From contig CBFDEM010000004.1 in assembly GCA_965603825.1 (NCBI GenBank), positions 806,001-870,000 on the forward strand: a DNA stretch of 64,000 nt, written 5' to 3'. The notes under the pieces were generated by a model, which was given only the letters and a program-made list of their open reading frames with translations, searched no databases and was not told where the DNA came from. Positions 37,714 through 49,400 of this stretch are shown piece after piece. The translations under genes were made by a program, and so were the position numbers. Source of the DNA: Blepharisma stoltei ATCC 30299. Taxonomy: Eukaryota > Protista > Ciliophora. The first letter of the stretch is position 1. Each line of letters opens with the position of its first letter.

Positions 37714-38287
37714 ATATTAAGGTTTTATCTGTTTCATTTATTAATTGCTCAAACAGCTCTTGGATGCCTTTTCCAGTCCTTGCGGACGTTTCCATTCATT
37801 TGATTTCGTGTTTTTCAACGAATTTTTTGATTGTTGACTTTTTAATTCTCCTATCATCCTCTATGTCGCATTTGTTCCCAACTAATATTAATATACAATT
37901 TTGTTCACTTTTTTTAAGCTCTTGTATTCAATATTCACAAGAATTTAAAGAGTTCTCATTACACACATCATAAGTTATAATTGCAGCATTTGCACTTTTA
38001 TAGTAAAGATACATCAAAGACTTGAAGCGTTCTTGTCCTCCTGTATCCCAAATATTAATATCAACCAGTCTGTTATCGTCAAGCTTCACATGTTTTTTCA
38101 ATAGACAAGCTCCGAAAGTCTGCTCATAGCTTTCATTAAAAGTATTTTGCAAATATCTATAAACAATTGCGCTTTTGCCAACTCCTGGATCGCCGAGCAG
38201 GATTAATTTTATGTCAAATTGAATGCTTCCGTCGCTTTGAAATAATAAACTTGCTGTTTTAGTAGTAATGCTAAATAAGCAACCCAT
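37694..38287 (-). CDS. Rab5-related GTPase with N-terminal MGC acylation motif (~197 aa)
   Basis: GDPGVGKS, WDTGGQERF, GNKCD and W(TGA)METSA motifs. Reads through two TGA to TAA at 37694-37696. No C-terminal Cys. Confidence 0.88.
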
Positions 38288-38641
38288 TTTCTCAAAATTT
38301 TTATTAATTCGAAATTGGTGAAACTTTAATTGATAAGTGCAGCATATTAAGGTAAGATTTTTTATTAATTTTATATCAGGGATTATAAAGGCTAGCAATG
38401 GAAAAATTTTTATATTTTTTAAAAATTTATGCATGAGAAACTATCGTAAAGTAATTTAAGAGTTTTTTAATTTTAAAGCTGGGATAGAAAAACTGCTTTA
38501 ATTAATTATAAATGATGGAAAACAGTTTTATAGTGTTATGAATAATTTATTTTAGATTATTTTATTGTTTTAATGTAACTTACTGTATGAAGCCATCACA
38601 TTTGATTTTAATTAATTTAACTCAGAAACTAAAATAATAAA

Positions 38642-40102
38642 ATGGGCACATGTATGGCAGGAAAATCAAAAAAGAAACGCACGTATTTAAAGAGTCTCGG
38701 GCAGCTAAAAGTATCTCCAGGGACTTTCATCTCAGAAAGATTAGACAATTTCAACGACGAATATGAAATTGGTGATATGCTTGGAAGTGGGAAATTTTCA
38801 ACAGTTTACCAATGCAGAGAGCGACGAAGCCAAAACCTGCGAGCTGTAAAAATTATTTCAAAAGGCGCGCTAGCCGAAGACCAAAAATCAACCGTAAACA
38901 AACTTCAAGAAATTTCCATAATGAAAAAACTAGACCATCCCAATATCCTAAAAGTCTACCAAATATTTGAAGATCACAAGAATTTTTACATTATAATGGA
39001 ATATTGCTCAGGCGGAGAACTGTTTTCAAAAATTTCTAAAGAACATTTTTTTTCTGAAAAAGAGGCTGCGAAAGTGATGTATGAGCTTCTATCTGCAGTT
39101 ACATATTGCCACGAGCTTAATATCACACATAGGGATTTAAAACCTGAAAATATTCTTTTAGATGAAAAATCTGATGATTTTACTATAAAAGTGGCGGACT
39201 TTGGCAGTTCCGTATTTTTTGATATGAAAAAAAAGCTTTCAGGAATTTATGGATCACTTTTTTATGTAGCTCCAGAGGTATTGACTGGCTCTTATAATGA
39301 ATTATGTGATGAATGAAGCTGTGGAGTCATTTTGTATGTGCTTTTATCAGGCCGTCCTCCGTTTACAGGGAAAAGTGAAGCAGAAATCCTTCATAATATC
39401 CGTTTTGGTGTTTTAATGACAGAAGGACAAAATTTTGACAGGGTTTCAGACGAGGCAAAAGACTTGATAAAGCAGCTTATAGATAGAAATTTAGATACAA
39501 GATTGAGGGCAAAAGAAGCATTAAATCACAGGTGAATTAAAAATAATAAATCCACCACACTTACTGAGCCGAATGCGCTTCATGATGTATTATTGAATTT
39601 GAGGTCGTTTAACTCGAATATTAAGCTGAAAAACGCGATAATTACGTTTATTTCAGCACAGCTTGTTACACACACAGAAACTAAAAAACTTCAAGATGCG
39701 TTTATGATGATGGATAAAGATGGAGATGGGAAAGTGAGCCAAAAAGAGTTGCTAGTTATATATAAAGAAGTTGTAGGAGGGATAAATCCAGAAAAAGATG
39801 TAGAGGAAATAATGAGAAATGTAGATACTGACAATAGTGGGTATATTGATTATACTGAGTTCATTCAAGCTGCTTTAAGTCATGAGATTCTTTTTTCTAA
39901 AAAGAACTTAGAAACAGCTTTTCGACTGTTTGATAAAGATGGAAGTGGGACCATTTCAGCCCAAGAATTAAGGGAGTGTTTATCAGATGGAAGACTGTCT
40001 GATGATTCATTATGGGAAAAAATAGTAGGAGAAGTAGACCAGAATGGAGACGGAGAAATCGATTTGCGAGAATTTCAAGAAATTTTGATGAAAAAAGTAT
40101 AA
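38642..40102 (+). CDS. Calcium-dependent protein kinase (kinase plus four EF hands, ~486 aa)
   Basis: GSGKFS, HRDLKPEN, DFG, APE, DE-W(TGA)-SCG, H-R-W(TGA); four EF-hand loops; MGTC N-terminus. Confidence 0.95.
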
Positions 40103-40583
40103 TCATTTTTAATTTTATGATTTTGCAAGGTGAGCTATGATTAAATTCACTTTTTCAAGTAGTTTTGTATTTTACTTTAGAGATATAAACAATTAAAATC
40201 TTTTAAGGCATTTGAATTTTTGCTATTTTAAATCAAGCCTAAAATAATCTCTAATTGTAAGGTTTTTAAGCCCAAAAGTATTTATTATGCAATTAATAAT
40301 TATTAAATTGCAATATCTCATGAGCTTTAATATCTTTTCAATCCCTTGATTTCTCTTAGCTTCTCATGAATGTTTTATTTATTTATACGTAATTTAGAAT
40401 AGTCTTGATTTTTCAATATAAAATCATTAGCTTAATAAAAATCTCTAAGCTCTATATCTTCTTATAATAATCATACTATCATAACTGCTAAATCTTCATA
40501 TTGAGCATTAAAGTGATTTACATGTTAAAATAAGAAATATCCAACTCACCTTGCTTATTTTAGATTTAATTTATCTATATAAA

Positions 40584-42008
40584 ATGGCCTATACACTTTG
40601 GGTTGGTCTATTACTGATTTCTTTTTCTTTTGCAGCAATTACAGAAGAAAATGATGTATGGGTCCTTAATGAGTCAAATTTCCAAGAAGCTTTAGACATC
40701 CAGCCAGACCTGCTAGTAGAATTTTATGCTCCATGGTGTGGACACTGCAAAAAGCTTGCCCCAGAATACGCAAAAGCAGCTAAAATCCTCAAATCCAAAA
40801 CTCCATCAGTCAGAATTGCTAAAGTTGATGCTACACGAAACTCAAATCTTGCATCAGAGCATGGAATAGAAGGCTACCCTACCCTAAAATATTTCGTAAA
40901 TAAAAAAGCTACTGAATACTCTGGCGGAAGAACCGAAGACACTATAGTCTCTTGGGTTTGGAAAAAAGCAGGGCCAGCTACTATAATTATTGACAATTTA
41001 TCTGACCTTAAAAAACAATTAGAAAATGCTAAAGTTTCAGTCGTGCTTTTTGCTCAAAAAGATGCTGCTGAAGCAAGCATTTTCGAAAAAGTCGCTAAAA
41101 ACTTCGAAGACCTTGAATTTTATTTGTCCACAGATTCTGCAGCTCTTCAAGAATATGGAGTTACTGAACCAAAAGTAATTTTGTTTAAACGATTTGACGA
41201 TAAAGAAGACAGATATGATGGAGAATTTACCCAACCAGAATTGATACAATGGGTTGAGGGAAATAAAAAGCCATTGCTTATGAAATTTGATGACGCAGCA
41301 ATTGAATATATTTTCACAAATCAGCACCCTTGTGTATTTTTATTCAGGTTTGAAAATGATACTGCTCAGTATCACCAAATGGTATCAAAAGTAGGGAAAG
41401 AATTTAAAAAAGACATTGCCTTTTCATATGCAGATCTTTCACTAAGTGAAATGAAAAGACTTGGAGAATATTTAGGATTTGGCGTCAAAGATATGCCAAC
41501 TGTTGCTATTGTGGACCACAAAGACGGGCTTAACAAATACAGAATATCTGAACCGCTAAGTGAGGTTTCAATAAAAACTTTCATTCAAGACTGGAAAGAC
41601 CAAAAACTCACCCCATTTTTAAAATCAGATCCGATCCCAGATAACGAGTTTGACGGAAGCGTAAGAATTTTGGTCGGGAACAACTTTGAAAGCGTCGTTT
41701 ATGACCCAACCAAAGACGTCCTCGTAGAGTTTTATGCGCCTTGGTGTGGCCATTGCCAAGCCCTTGCTCCTGATTATGAAAAACTTGCTGCTGAGCTTAA
41801 AAGTAACCCTAATATTATTATATCAAAAGTAGACGGCACTACAAATGAAGTCAAAGGCGTTAACATCTCATCATTCCCTACACTGAAATGGTTCCCTTCT
41901 AATAACAAAAAAGGTATAGATTTCGATGGAGAAAGAACTTATGATGGGCTGCTCAAGTTCGTGACTGAAAAAGCTACAGCCAAAACAGCTGAAAAAACAG
42001 ATCTTTAA
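40584..42008 (+). CDS. PDI: Protein disulfide-isomerase
   Basis: Signal peptide, two APWCGHC sites, a-b-b'-a' length, C-terminal KTDL. Confidence 0.96.
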   Translation: MAYTLWVGLLLISFSFAAITEENDVWVLNESNFQEALDIQPDLLVEFYAPWCGHCKKLAPEYAKAAKILKSKTPSVRIAKVDATRNSNLASEHGIEGYPTLKYFVNKKATEYSGGRTEDTIVSWVWKKAGPATIIIDNLSDLKKQLENAKVSVVLFAQKDAAEASIFEKVAKNFEDLEFYLSTDSAALQEYGVTEPKVILFKRFDDKEDRYDGEFTQPELIQWVEGNKKPLLMKFDDAAIEYIFTNQHPCVFLFRFENDTAQYHQMVSKVGKEFKKDIAFSYADLSLSEMKRLGEYLGFGVKDMPTVAIVDHKDGLNKYRISEPLSEVSIKTFIQDWKDQKLTPFLKSDPIPDNEFDGSVRILVGNNFESVVYDPTKDVLVEFYAPWCGHCQALAPDYEKLAAELKSNPNIIISKVDGTTNEVKGVNISSFPTLKWFPSNNKKGIDFDGERTYDGLLKFVTEKATAKTAEKTDL

Positions 42009-42229
42009 TTATTTAGAATTATTTGTTTAAATTAATGATAAGCCCCTGCTGATATTTATTAGCTTTTTCTCAATTAAATCGGGGGATTTATTATCATCTG
42101 CTTATTTATGACTCAAAAATCTATTCCTTTCCCCTAAATTCCTACATCTCCAATAAAATTTCTCCTTTAGATATTCATATTTATCATAAATCAGCCAATC
42201 AGTTTTCACGTTAAGGATAAAAATTTAAT

Positions 42230-42565
42230 TTAATCTTCATCACTTTCTTCAGATTCCTCTTTTTTCTCCTCTTCCTCTTCATCCTCAGCATGTCCTGACA
42301 AATTAGCTTTTTCTTGATTATATCTTTCTTTATCTTGGCTTGCTTTTTCTGCGTAAGGAGCCTTTTGGTCATTTGTTAGCTTGCCCCATTCTTGCCCGAT
42401 AACTTTAGATTGCTCAGTGATTTTGAGATCTGGCTGCTCCTCTTTGAGTGTAACCCTTCTTTCTTGAGAATAAAACATAAAAGCTGATTTTGGCTTCTTC
42501 GGGCCATCTTTCTTTACCCTCTTCGATTTTTTAGCGACTCTTGCTTTTCCCGCTTTCTTACCCAT
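42230..42565 (-). CDS. HMG-box protein (NHP6/HMGB-like)
   Basis: PKKPKSAFMFY...W..L...K.PY...A..DKERY; basic N-terminus and acidic tail. Confidence 0.95.
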   Translation of the reverse strand: MGKKAGKARVAKKSKRVKKDGPKKPKSAFMFYSQERRVTLKEEQPDLKITEQSKVIGQEWGKLTNDQKAPYAEKASQDKERYNQEKANLSGHAEDEEEEEKKEESEESDED

Positions 42566-42849
42566 AATAAATTATAATAATCAATGGTAAGCTGAAAAAT
42601 CCAATTTTCGCCAGAAATTATTATCGGGGTTTTCTATTGGCGATAGCTATAATTAGGGCACTTCATATAAATAATAATAAAAATTCACCGTAATAAAATA
42701 TTTCCTATCATTCTACATATATAAAAATTAAAATCTTGTTTTGTAATTTCCTTAAAAGCAGAAATTTATAAGCATTTCTATTTAATTTATTTTATATTCC
42801 TGCCACAATCTCAGCTGATTTTTAAAATTCTCATTTTACGATAATTAAA

Positions 42850-44787
42850 ATGCTTCAAAACTTAGAAGTATCATGCTACTGTGGGACCAAACTAAGCGTT
42901 CAAAAAGGGCTGAAACATATGATGGGCTGCAGTGCATGAAAAAAAAAATCGTCTCTATATCGGGCTGCTGAAAAACAAGTAAAAGAAACTGGCAGCATCT
43001 CACTTTTAAGGCTGGAATGCGAAGCTTTAATGTATGCAGAATTTGACTTGTCTGCAAGCCCTTTGTCTCCAAAAAAAGTTGAAAATTCTTTCCCTGAGCC
43101 AATACTGCCCCCAGAGCTTCCGAGAATAAAGAACCCATTAGAAATAAAACCCAATAATTCAGATTTGATACAAATTCCGACAAGAAAAAAACAAGAAATC
43201 CCTGCTATCATCCCGAATTTCCCAGCTCCAATAGAGCCAGTCAAAAAAAGGAATCAACCTACATCAGAAGAAGAAAGTTTAAAGCTGATTATGGCTTTAC
43301 AAAGAGAACAGGAAGAAGAAAAGCATCAGCAGACTAAGGACGAACTTATGTGTGAAATCTGCAGAAAAGTGTGGCCTGATATGACAAAAATGTTCTTTCC
43401 TGAATGCTGCCATATGATGTGTAAAGACCACATCATACAAACAATTGTAGCTAGATACCCTACAAATACTAAAATTTCATGCCCTAAAGAAGGCTGTGAA
43501 TATGTGTTGTGTAACGAAGAATTAGAAGACTTAATAGGGAAAAAAGAATTAGAAGAGCTAGGAAACAATTCTTTAAAAGAATTCATAGGCGAAGACGCTA
43601 TCATAGTAGAATGCATCTGTGGGGTTTCTTCGATAGTAGACCCAGGAATTGTAGATTATACCTATAAAGATGAAAATGGAGCTGGCATATCTAGAGAAGC
43701 TGCAGAACACATGGCAAAATACCGATTCCGCTGTGCAGCTTGCAACCGCGTTATTTGTGCAAAATGCAAAGTCGAGCCTTATCATCTTGGAAAAACCTGT
43801 GAAGAGCACCAAAATTTCAAAAAATCCAAACATTGCCGATACTGTCAAAAAGTTGTGCATTCTTCTAGGCCAGTCTGCAAAGACCCAGTATGCAGAGCCC
43901 GCTACAGAACGGCTTGTCGCAAAGTCCATTCCTGTGGACATCAGTGCTTTGGGGTAAAACATGAAGCTGAATGCCTTCCTTGTATTGCTGATGGCTGTGG
44001 TAGCATTGCTAATGAGAACGATTATTGTACAATTTGTTATACAGAAGGACTCGGAGCTGCTCCTTGTGTCCAGCTAGAATGTGGCCACGTTCTTCATTAT
44101 CATTGTGTCCTAACTTCATTAGAAAAACGATGGGTAGGACCAAGAATTACTTTTAATTTCGCGAAATGCCCATCTTGTAAAACCTGGGCAAATGCCCCAA
44201 ATAATGAAAAAATCTCTATCAAAATGGCAGAAATTATTGATTTATATAATGATATTGTAGGAAAAGCTGTAAAAAGGCTGAAATTTGAAGGTATGGAAAA
44301 AGATGCAAGGCTGACGAACCCAGAAGACCATTATTATAAGCAGCCAGAAAAATACGCGATGGACAGGTTTGCGTATTATGAGTGTTTTAAATGCAAGAAG
44401 CCGTATTTTGGAGGTAAAAAAGAATGTGAGCAGAATATGGATAGAGGAAATTATGAGGCTTCTGAGCTTGTATGTCCTGGATGTGCTGCTGTAGGATTGG
44501 AAGGACAGAACTGTAGCATGCATGGACTGGAATTTATTGAATTTAAATGCAAATTCTGCTGTAATATTGCAGCGTGGTTCTGCTGGGGGAATACTCATTT
44601 TTGTGATTCGTGCCATACTCAGCAAAATGAAGGGAATTATCTGACCAAAAAGAAAAGAGAAGAACTCCCGAAATGCCCAGGACCAAGCCTATGTCCGCTG
44701 AAAATTAGACACCCTGCTAATGGAGAAGAGTTTGCATTGGGGTGCTCCATTTGTAGGAATCTCAGAGCAAATGAGCTTGGATTTTAG
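42850..44787 (+). CDS. E3 ubiquitin ligase: RING1-IBR fused to a MYCBP2/Highwire-type C-terminal RING-Cys-relay module (~645 aa)
   Basis: The C-terminus follows the PHR-family pattern (CGH.C.GVK.E..CLPC, C.IC.TE.L.AAP..QL.C.H, RW.GPRITF, AYY.C.KC.K.YFGG, KC.FCC, FC.G.THFC, H...GEEFALGC). The ATG at 42850 is in frame through one TGA. Confidence 0.88.
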
Positions 44788-44973
44788 ATTAATGCTACCC
44801 TAATTTTAAATCAAATAATTCTTATTATAAAAATTAATAAGCCATTAAACAGCTCTGATTTTTGTACAAATAATAATAATATTAAACTTAGCGAAAACAG
44901 AAATTTTTACAATTGTATAATCTATTAACATTAACTGCACAATATGTGGCTATTAATATAAATATTTGAAAGG

Positions 44974-46461
44974 ATGCTGTCCAAAGTTCTAAAAACGTTC
45001 TCAAGTCGCACTCCTTTCAGACAAATGAGCTCAGGGCCTTCAACAGAGCCTAATTTCTTGGAAATGGTCAACATGTATTTCGACAAAGCAGCAAAACATA
45101 CAGATATAAAGCCAGAAGTCTTGGAGCTGATTAAAACATGTGATACTGTATTACGTGTAACCCTTCCTCTCAAGAAAGATGATGGGTCTATTAAATACTA
45201 TAAAGCTTATAGAGCACAGCATTCTCATCATAGGCTGCCTTGCAAAGGAGGTACAAGATATGCATTGGATGTTGATCTTAATGAGGTTGAAGCTCTTTCT
45301 TTCCTTATGACACTCAAATGTGCATGTGTGAACTTACCATTTGGAGGAGGGAAAGGAGGAATTACTGTGGACCCTAAGACTCTTTCACTTGGTGAAAGAG
45401 AAAGATTGACAAGGAGATATGCATTGGAATTGAGCAAAAAAGGGTTTTTAAGTCCTGCTGCTGATGTGCCAGGACCTGATCTTGGGACTGGAGAGCTTGA
45501 AATGGCATGGATGATGGATACTTATAAATCACTAAATCCAACAAACTTAAATGCTGTTGCTTGTACCACTGGAAAGCCATTGGAAATGGGAGGTATCCCA
45601 GGCAGAGCAGAATCCACAGGGCTTGGGCTTTATTATGCATTAAGAGAATTTTTGAGAGACAAAAAATATACTGATAAGGTTGAACTTCCTACTGGAATCA
45701 ATGGCAAAAAAGTAATTGTCCAAGGATTCGGTAATGTCGGCTATTGGGCTTGCCACTTCCTCCAAAAAGATGGTGCCAAAATCCTTGGTGTTATCGAGCC
45801 AAGCGGCAGTGTATTTAATGAAAACGGCATTGACGTCGACGACCTGAAAGCTTTCATGATCCAGCACAAAACTCTCAAAGGCTACCCCAAAGCAGAGCTC
45901 GTCGAAAACGGCCAAGAAGTTTTCACCAGAAAAACCGATATCATAATCCCAGCAGCCGTCGAACGATCAGTACACGGCAGCAACGCTCCAAACTTCAATT
46001 GTAAAATCCTCGCCGAAGGCGCTAACGGCCCTACCACTCCTCTCGGTGAAGAAGCCCTCGAGAAAAAAGGCGTCCTGGTGCTCCCTGACCTTCTCATGAA
46101 CGCAGGCGGTGTTACAGTTTCCTTCTTCGAGTACGTCAAAAACCTTGGACACATCAAGCCTGGCCTGCTTACCAAAAGATGGCAAGGAAAACGTAACAGA
46201 AGCATAATAGAAGCCATCGCCACCTTAAAAGGCATCTCCCATGAAGAACTTGAAGCCAAAAGTGCTGACTGGAAAAAACTCGCAGAAGGTGCCAGTGAGC
46301 TTGACCTGGTCTACTCTGGCCTTGAACAAATCATGAGTGAAGCCGTCCAAGAAACAAAAGAAACCAGCGAACGCCTTGGAGTGAACCTCAGAATTGCAGC
46401 CTATGTAAATTCCTTGCAAAGAATTGACGATGCTACACTCAAAGGGACTATAGGACTCTAA
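44974..46461 (+). CDS. GDH: Glutamate dehydrogenase, mitochondrial
   Basis: PCKGGTR, PFGGGKGG, TGKP..GG, QGFGNVG, EGANGPTT, NAGGVTVSFFE; presequence-like N-terminus. Confidence 0.97.
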   Translation: MLSKVLKTFSSRTPFRQMSSGPSTEPNFLEMVNMYFDKAAKHTDIKPEVLELIKTCDTVLRVTLPLKKDDGSIKYYKAYRAQHSHHRLPCKGGTRYALDVDLNEVEALSFLMTLKCACVNLPFGGGKGGITVDPKTLSLGERERLTRRYALELSKKGFLSPAADVPGPDLGTGELEMAWMMDTYKSLNPTNLNAVACTTGKPLEMGGIPGRAESTGLGLYYALREFLRDKKYTDKVELPTGINGKKVIVQGFGNVGYWACHFLQKDGAKILGVIEPSGSVFNENGIDVDDLKAFMIQHKTLKGYPKAELVENGQEVFTRKTDIIIPAAVERSVHGSNAPNFNCKILAEGANGPTTPLGEEALEKKGVLVLPDLLMNAGGVTVSFFEYVKNLGHIKPGLLTKRWQGKRNRSIIEAIATLKGISHEELEAKSADWKKLAEGASELDLVYSGLEQIMSEAVQETKETSERLGVNLRIAAYVNSLQRIDDATLKGTIGL

Positions 46462-46495
46462 TAATAAATCTATTCAAATATTCTTCGTTAATAAA

Positions 46496-49400
46496 ATGAG
46501 TAGAAGTCTCAGTCCAAAGCGAAAACTTGTAGAGCAGAGCTCCAAGATCCAGCACGAAATTTCGCAGAAATATTTAATTGACTCCAGCGCGTCTGTGTTT
46601 TATAAAACAAATTTCTTTGACACTTTGAAAGAACCTTTAAATGAGTCAATTCAAAGGAGAGTGGAACAGAAAAGAAACCCAATGTCAGGGATGAGCCTGG
46701 TTATACCAAACATTGAAGCTAGCAAGGCATCACAGATTGGGGGGATTGCCCAGGAGTTTTTGAGAAATACACAAAAACTGAATCCGAGGATTCTGGAAGC
46801 GTGAATTAACAATACAGTTGCAGATGCGGAGCAGCTAGATATACCAGGGTGTGTAATCAAGCCAGAAAATAGGCTGCCACTTATTAGGTATGGGATTGAC
46901 CGAACAAGCTTGCTGAATGCAGGGCTGCCTCCTCAAGAGGTAGATCGGCTATATAGGTCTTTATTTGTGTACTCAATAGGCTTTTATCAGATGATCCTCA
47001 AAGTATTAGAGCACACTGATAAGAAGTACACAATTGTGGCAGGGATTTGAAAAGTTTTCGCGATTTTGTTAGAATATTGCTGCCAATTAGACTATCAGAT
47101 GATTATTACGACTTTAAATCTGGAAAAAAGGGAAGAGTTAGAGCAGCTAGAAGAAGAATATAAAAAACAGATTTCCCAGATGGAAGAGCACGAAAGGCAG
47201 CTACTAGACAATATAAGCCAAACTAGAGCCCAATTGTTGCAAGTCCAAAGAGATCTGCAAAAAGAAATACAAAAAAGAGAAGAACTTGAAGACGAAATTA
47301 TGCAGAGAGGCTCAGGACATGAAGAAGAAGTAGCAATGAGGCTGCAGTTTGAAAGCAAATTAAACCAAATGTTCGCTAAACAAAGGGATATGCAGACTAG
47401 AATGGCGCAGCTAATAGAAACTATTAATGAGCAGCAGAGGCAGATTGAGATGAAAACTGAAAATTTAAATAAGGAAAAGAAAAGAATTGGCGAGCTTTCT
47501 CAGCACAAAATTGAGCTTGAACAAGAAGTCAAAAGACTTGAAGAAAAAATCAGGCAGCTTGAAGGGCTTAATAACAATTTAGAATCAAGACTTACTGAGA
47601 GCTTTAAAAAAAATGAAGAAACCAGTACCCAGCTAAGCAATTTCCATACTCTTTATAATGAATCTTTAAATGAGCTTGCCCAAAAAAGAATAGAAATTGA
47701 TAATTTAAAATTTGAAGTAGAAGTCACCAAAGTCCAAGTCTCAAAACTCGAAAGCTTAATTGAAGAACTTAAAAATGAACGTGAATTATATACAAAAAGA
47801 ATAGCTGAAATAGAAAATTCTTATAATGAAGAATGCGAAAAACATCAGCATTTTGAACAAGAATATGTCAGAATTAAGGAGTCAGACTCAATGAAAACAC
47901 TAGAGCTGTTTAAATTTCGAGAAAAATCTGAAAAATTCGAAAAATTGTCACATGAGCTGGAAAAAGAAAGGGATAAGCTAAAAGTCCAGCTGGAAAGTGC
48001 TACAGAAATCGCTGAAGAATATAAAATACAGGTAAAAAGAGCTCAAGAAAGAATAGAAGAAATGAACCGAGGGAGGAGAATTGTAGAAGAACAAAATGAA
48101 AATTTAACTGCAAGACTTGCCGAAAGATCTGAAGAGCTTAAAGATTTAAGAACCCAATATAACGAAAACAAAGGAGAGCTGGAAAGATACAAAACCAGAG
48201 AATCCGAGCTGCAAACTGAAATAGCGACTCTACAAATAAAAATCCAAAGCCTCGAAAAACAGTTTGAAACCAATAAAGAAACCTTACAAGAAAAAATAAA
48301 AAGTCTGACTGACATTTTGGCTTCAGAAAAAAAAATCAGGGAAAATTGGATTTATAGGTATGAGGAGGAACAAAAAATCCATTCGCAGACCACAAAAGAA
48401 CTGATGGACGCACAAGATGAATGCAATGAAGGGCAATTAAAAATAAACTCATTGAAATCTTTAGCTGAAGAAAGAAATACACAACTAGAGAAAGCAAAAG
48501 CAAAAGCCCAGGAGCTGCTAGAAGAAGTGCTAGAATTAAGGTCGCAGCATGAAGAACTGGGAAGGAAAAATAAAACTTTGCAAATGCTACTAGACGCTGT
48601 AGATGCTGAAAATAAAGCAAAGCTAGATGAACTGGAAAATGAAATAGAAGAAATCAAAGTAAGCCATGGAATTCAGACAGAAATATTGAAAATGGGTATT
48701 GAAGATGTTTGGTCACAAGCTAATTTCAGCTATGAAAAATTAGGAGAAACTGCGAAAAATTTAGAAAAAACCCAAAAAAATCTAGAAATTACAGAAAAAT
48801 CATTGGATAATGAAAAAGAACAGATGGAGGACCTTACTGAGAGACTGGAAAATAAAATGATGGAGGTTGAAGAATATCGGCATTTAGTCGTTGAACAATG
48901 TGAAAAAATAGTTATCACTAGTGATAAATTAGAAGAAACTGCCACAAAATTTGAAGAACTGAAAAAGGAGCACCAAGATTTCATAGATTTGATACCAGAA
49001 AATCTTAAAAATGAGGCAGATCCTTTTAAAATATTGATAAACGAAATTGAAGAAAAAAAAGCTCAAATTGAAGAAATTGAAGCTATTAAGGCAGCTATGC
49101 AAGATATTGAAGTGCAATATGACTATGAGCCTGAGATTACAGATCAGAACACCCAAACTGAAATAGGATCATCATTTTTCGATAAACTTACCAAGCCAAA
49201 AACTCCAGGAACCAGTAAATCTGGGTCTTCACAAGTGAACCAAGGATTTTTCAATTCGTCGCGAAACAATATGAATAAAGACAGTTCAGGATTTTCGCTG
49301 ATTTCAGATGCAAATGAGTTTCCTCTTAGGAAAAAACTAGAAGAAGAAAATGATATAATAAAAAGAGCAAGCAAAGCAACGGTTATAAGTAAAGACTCAA

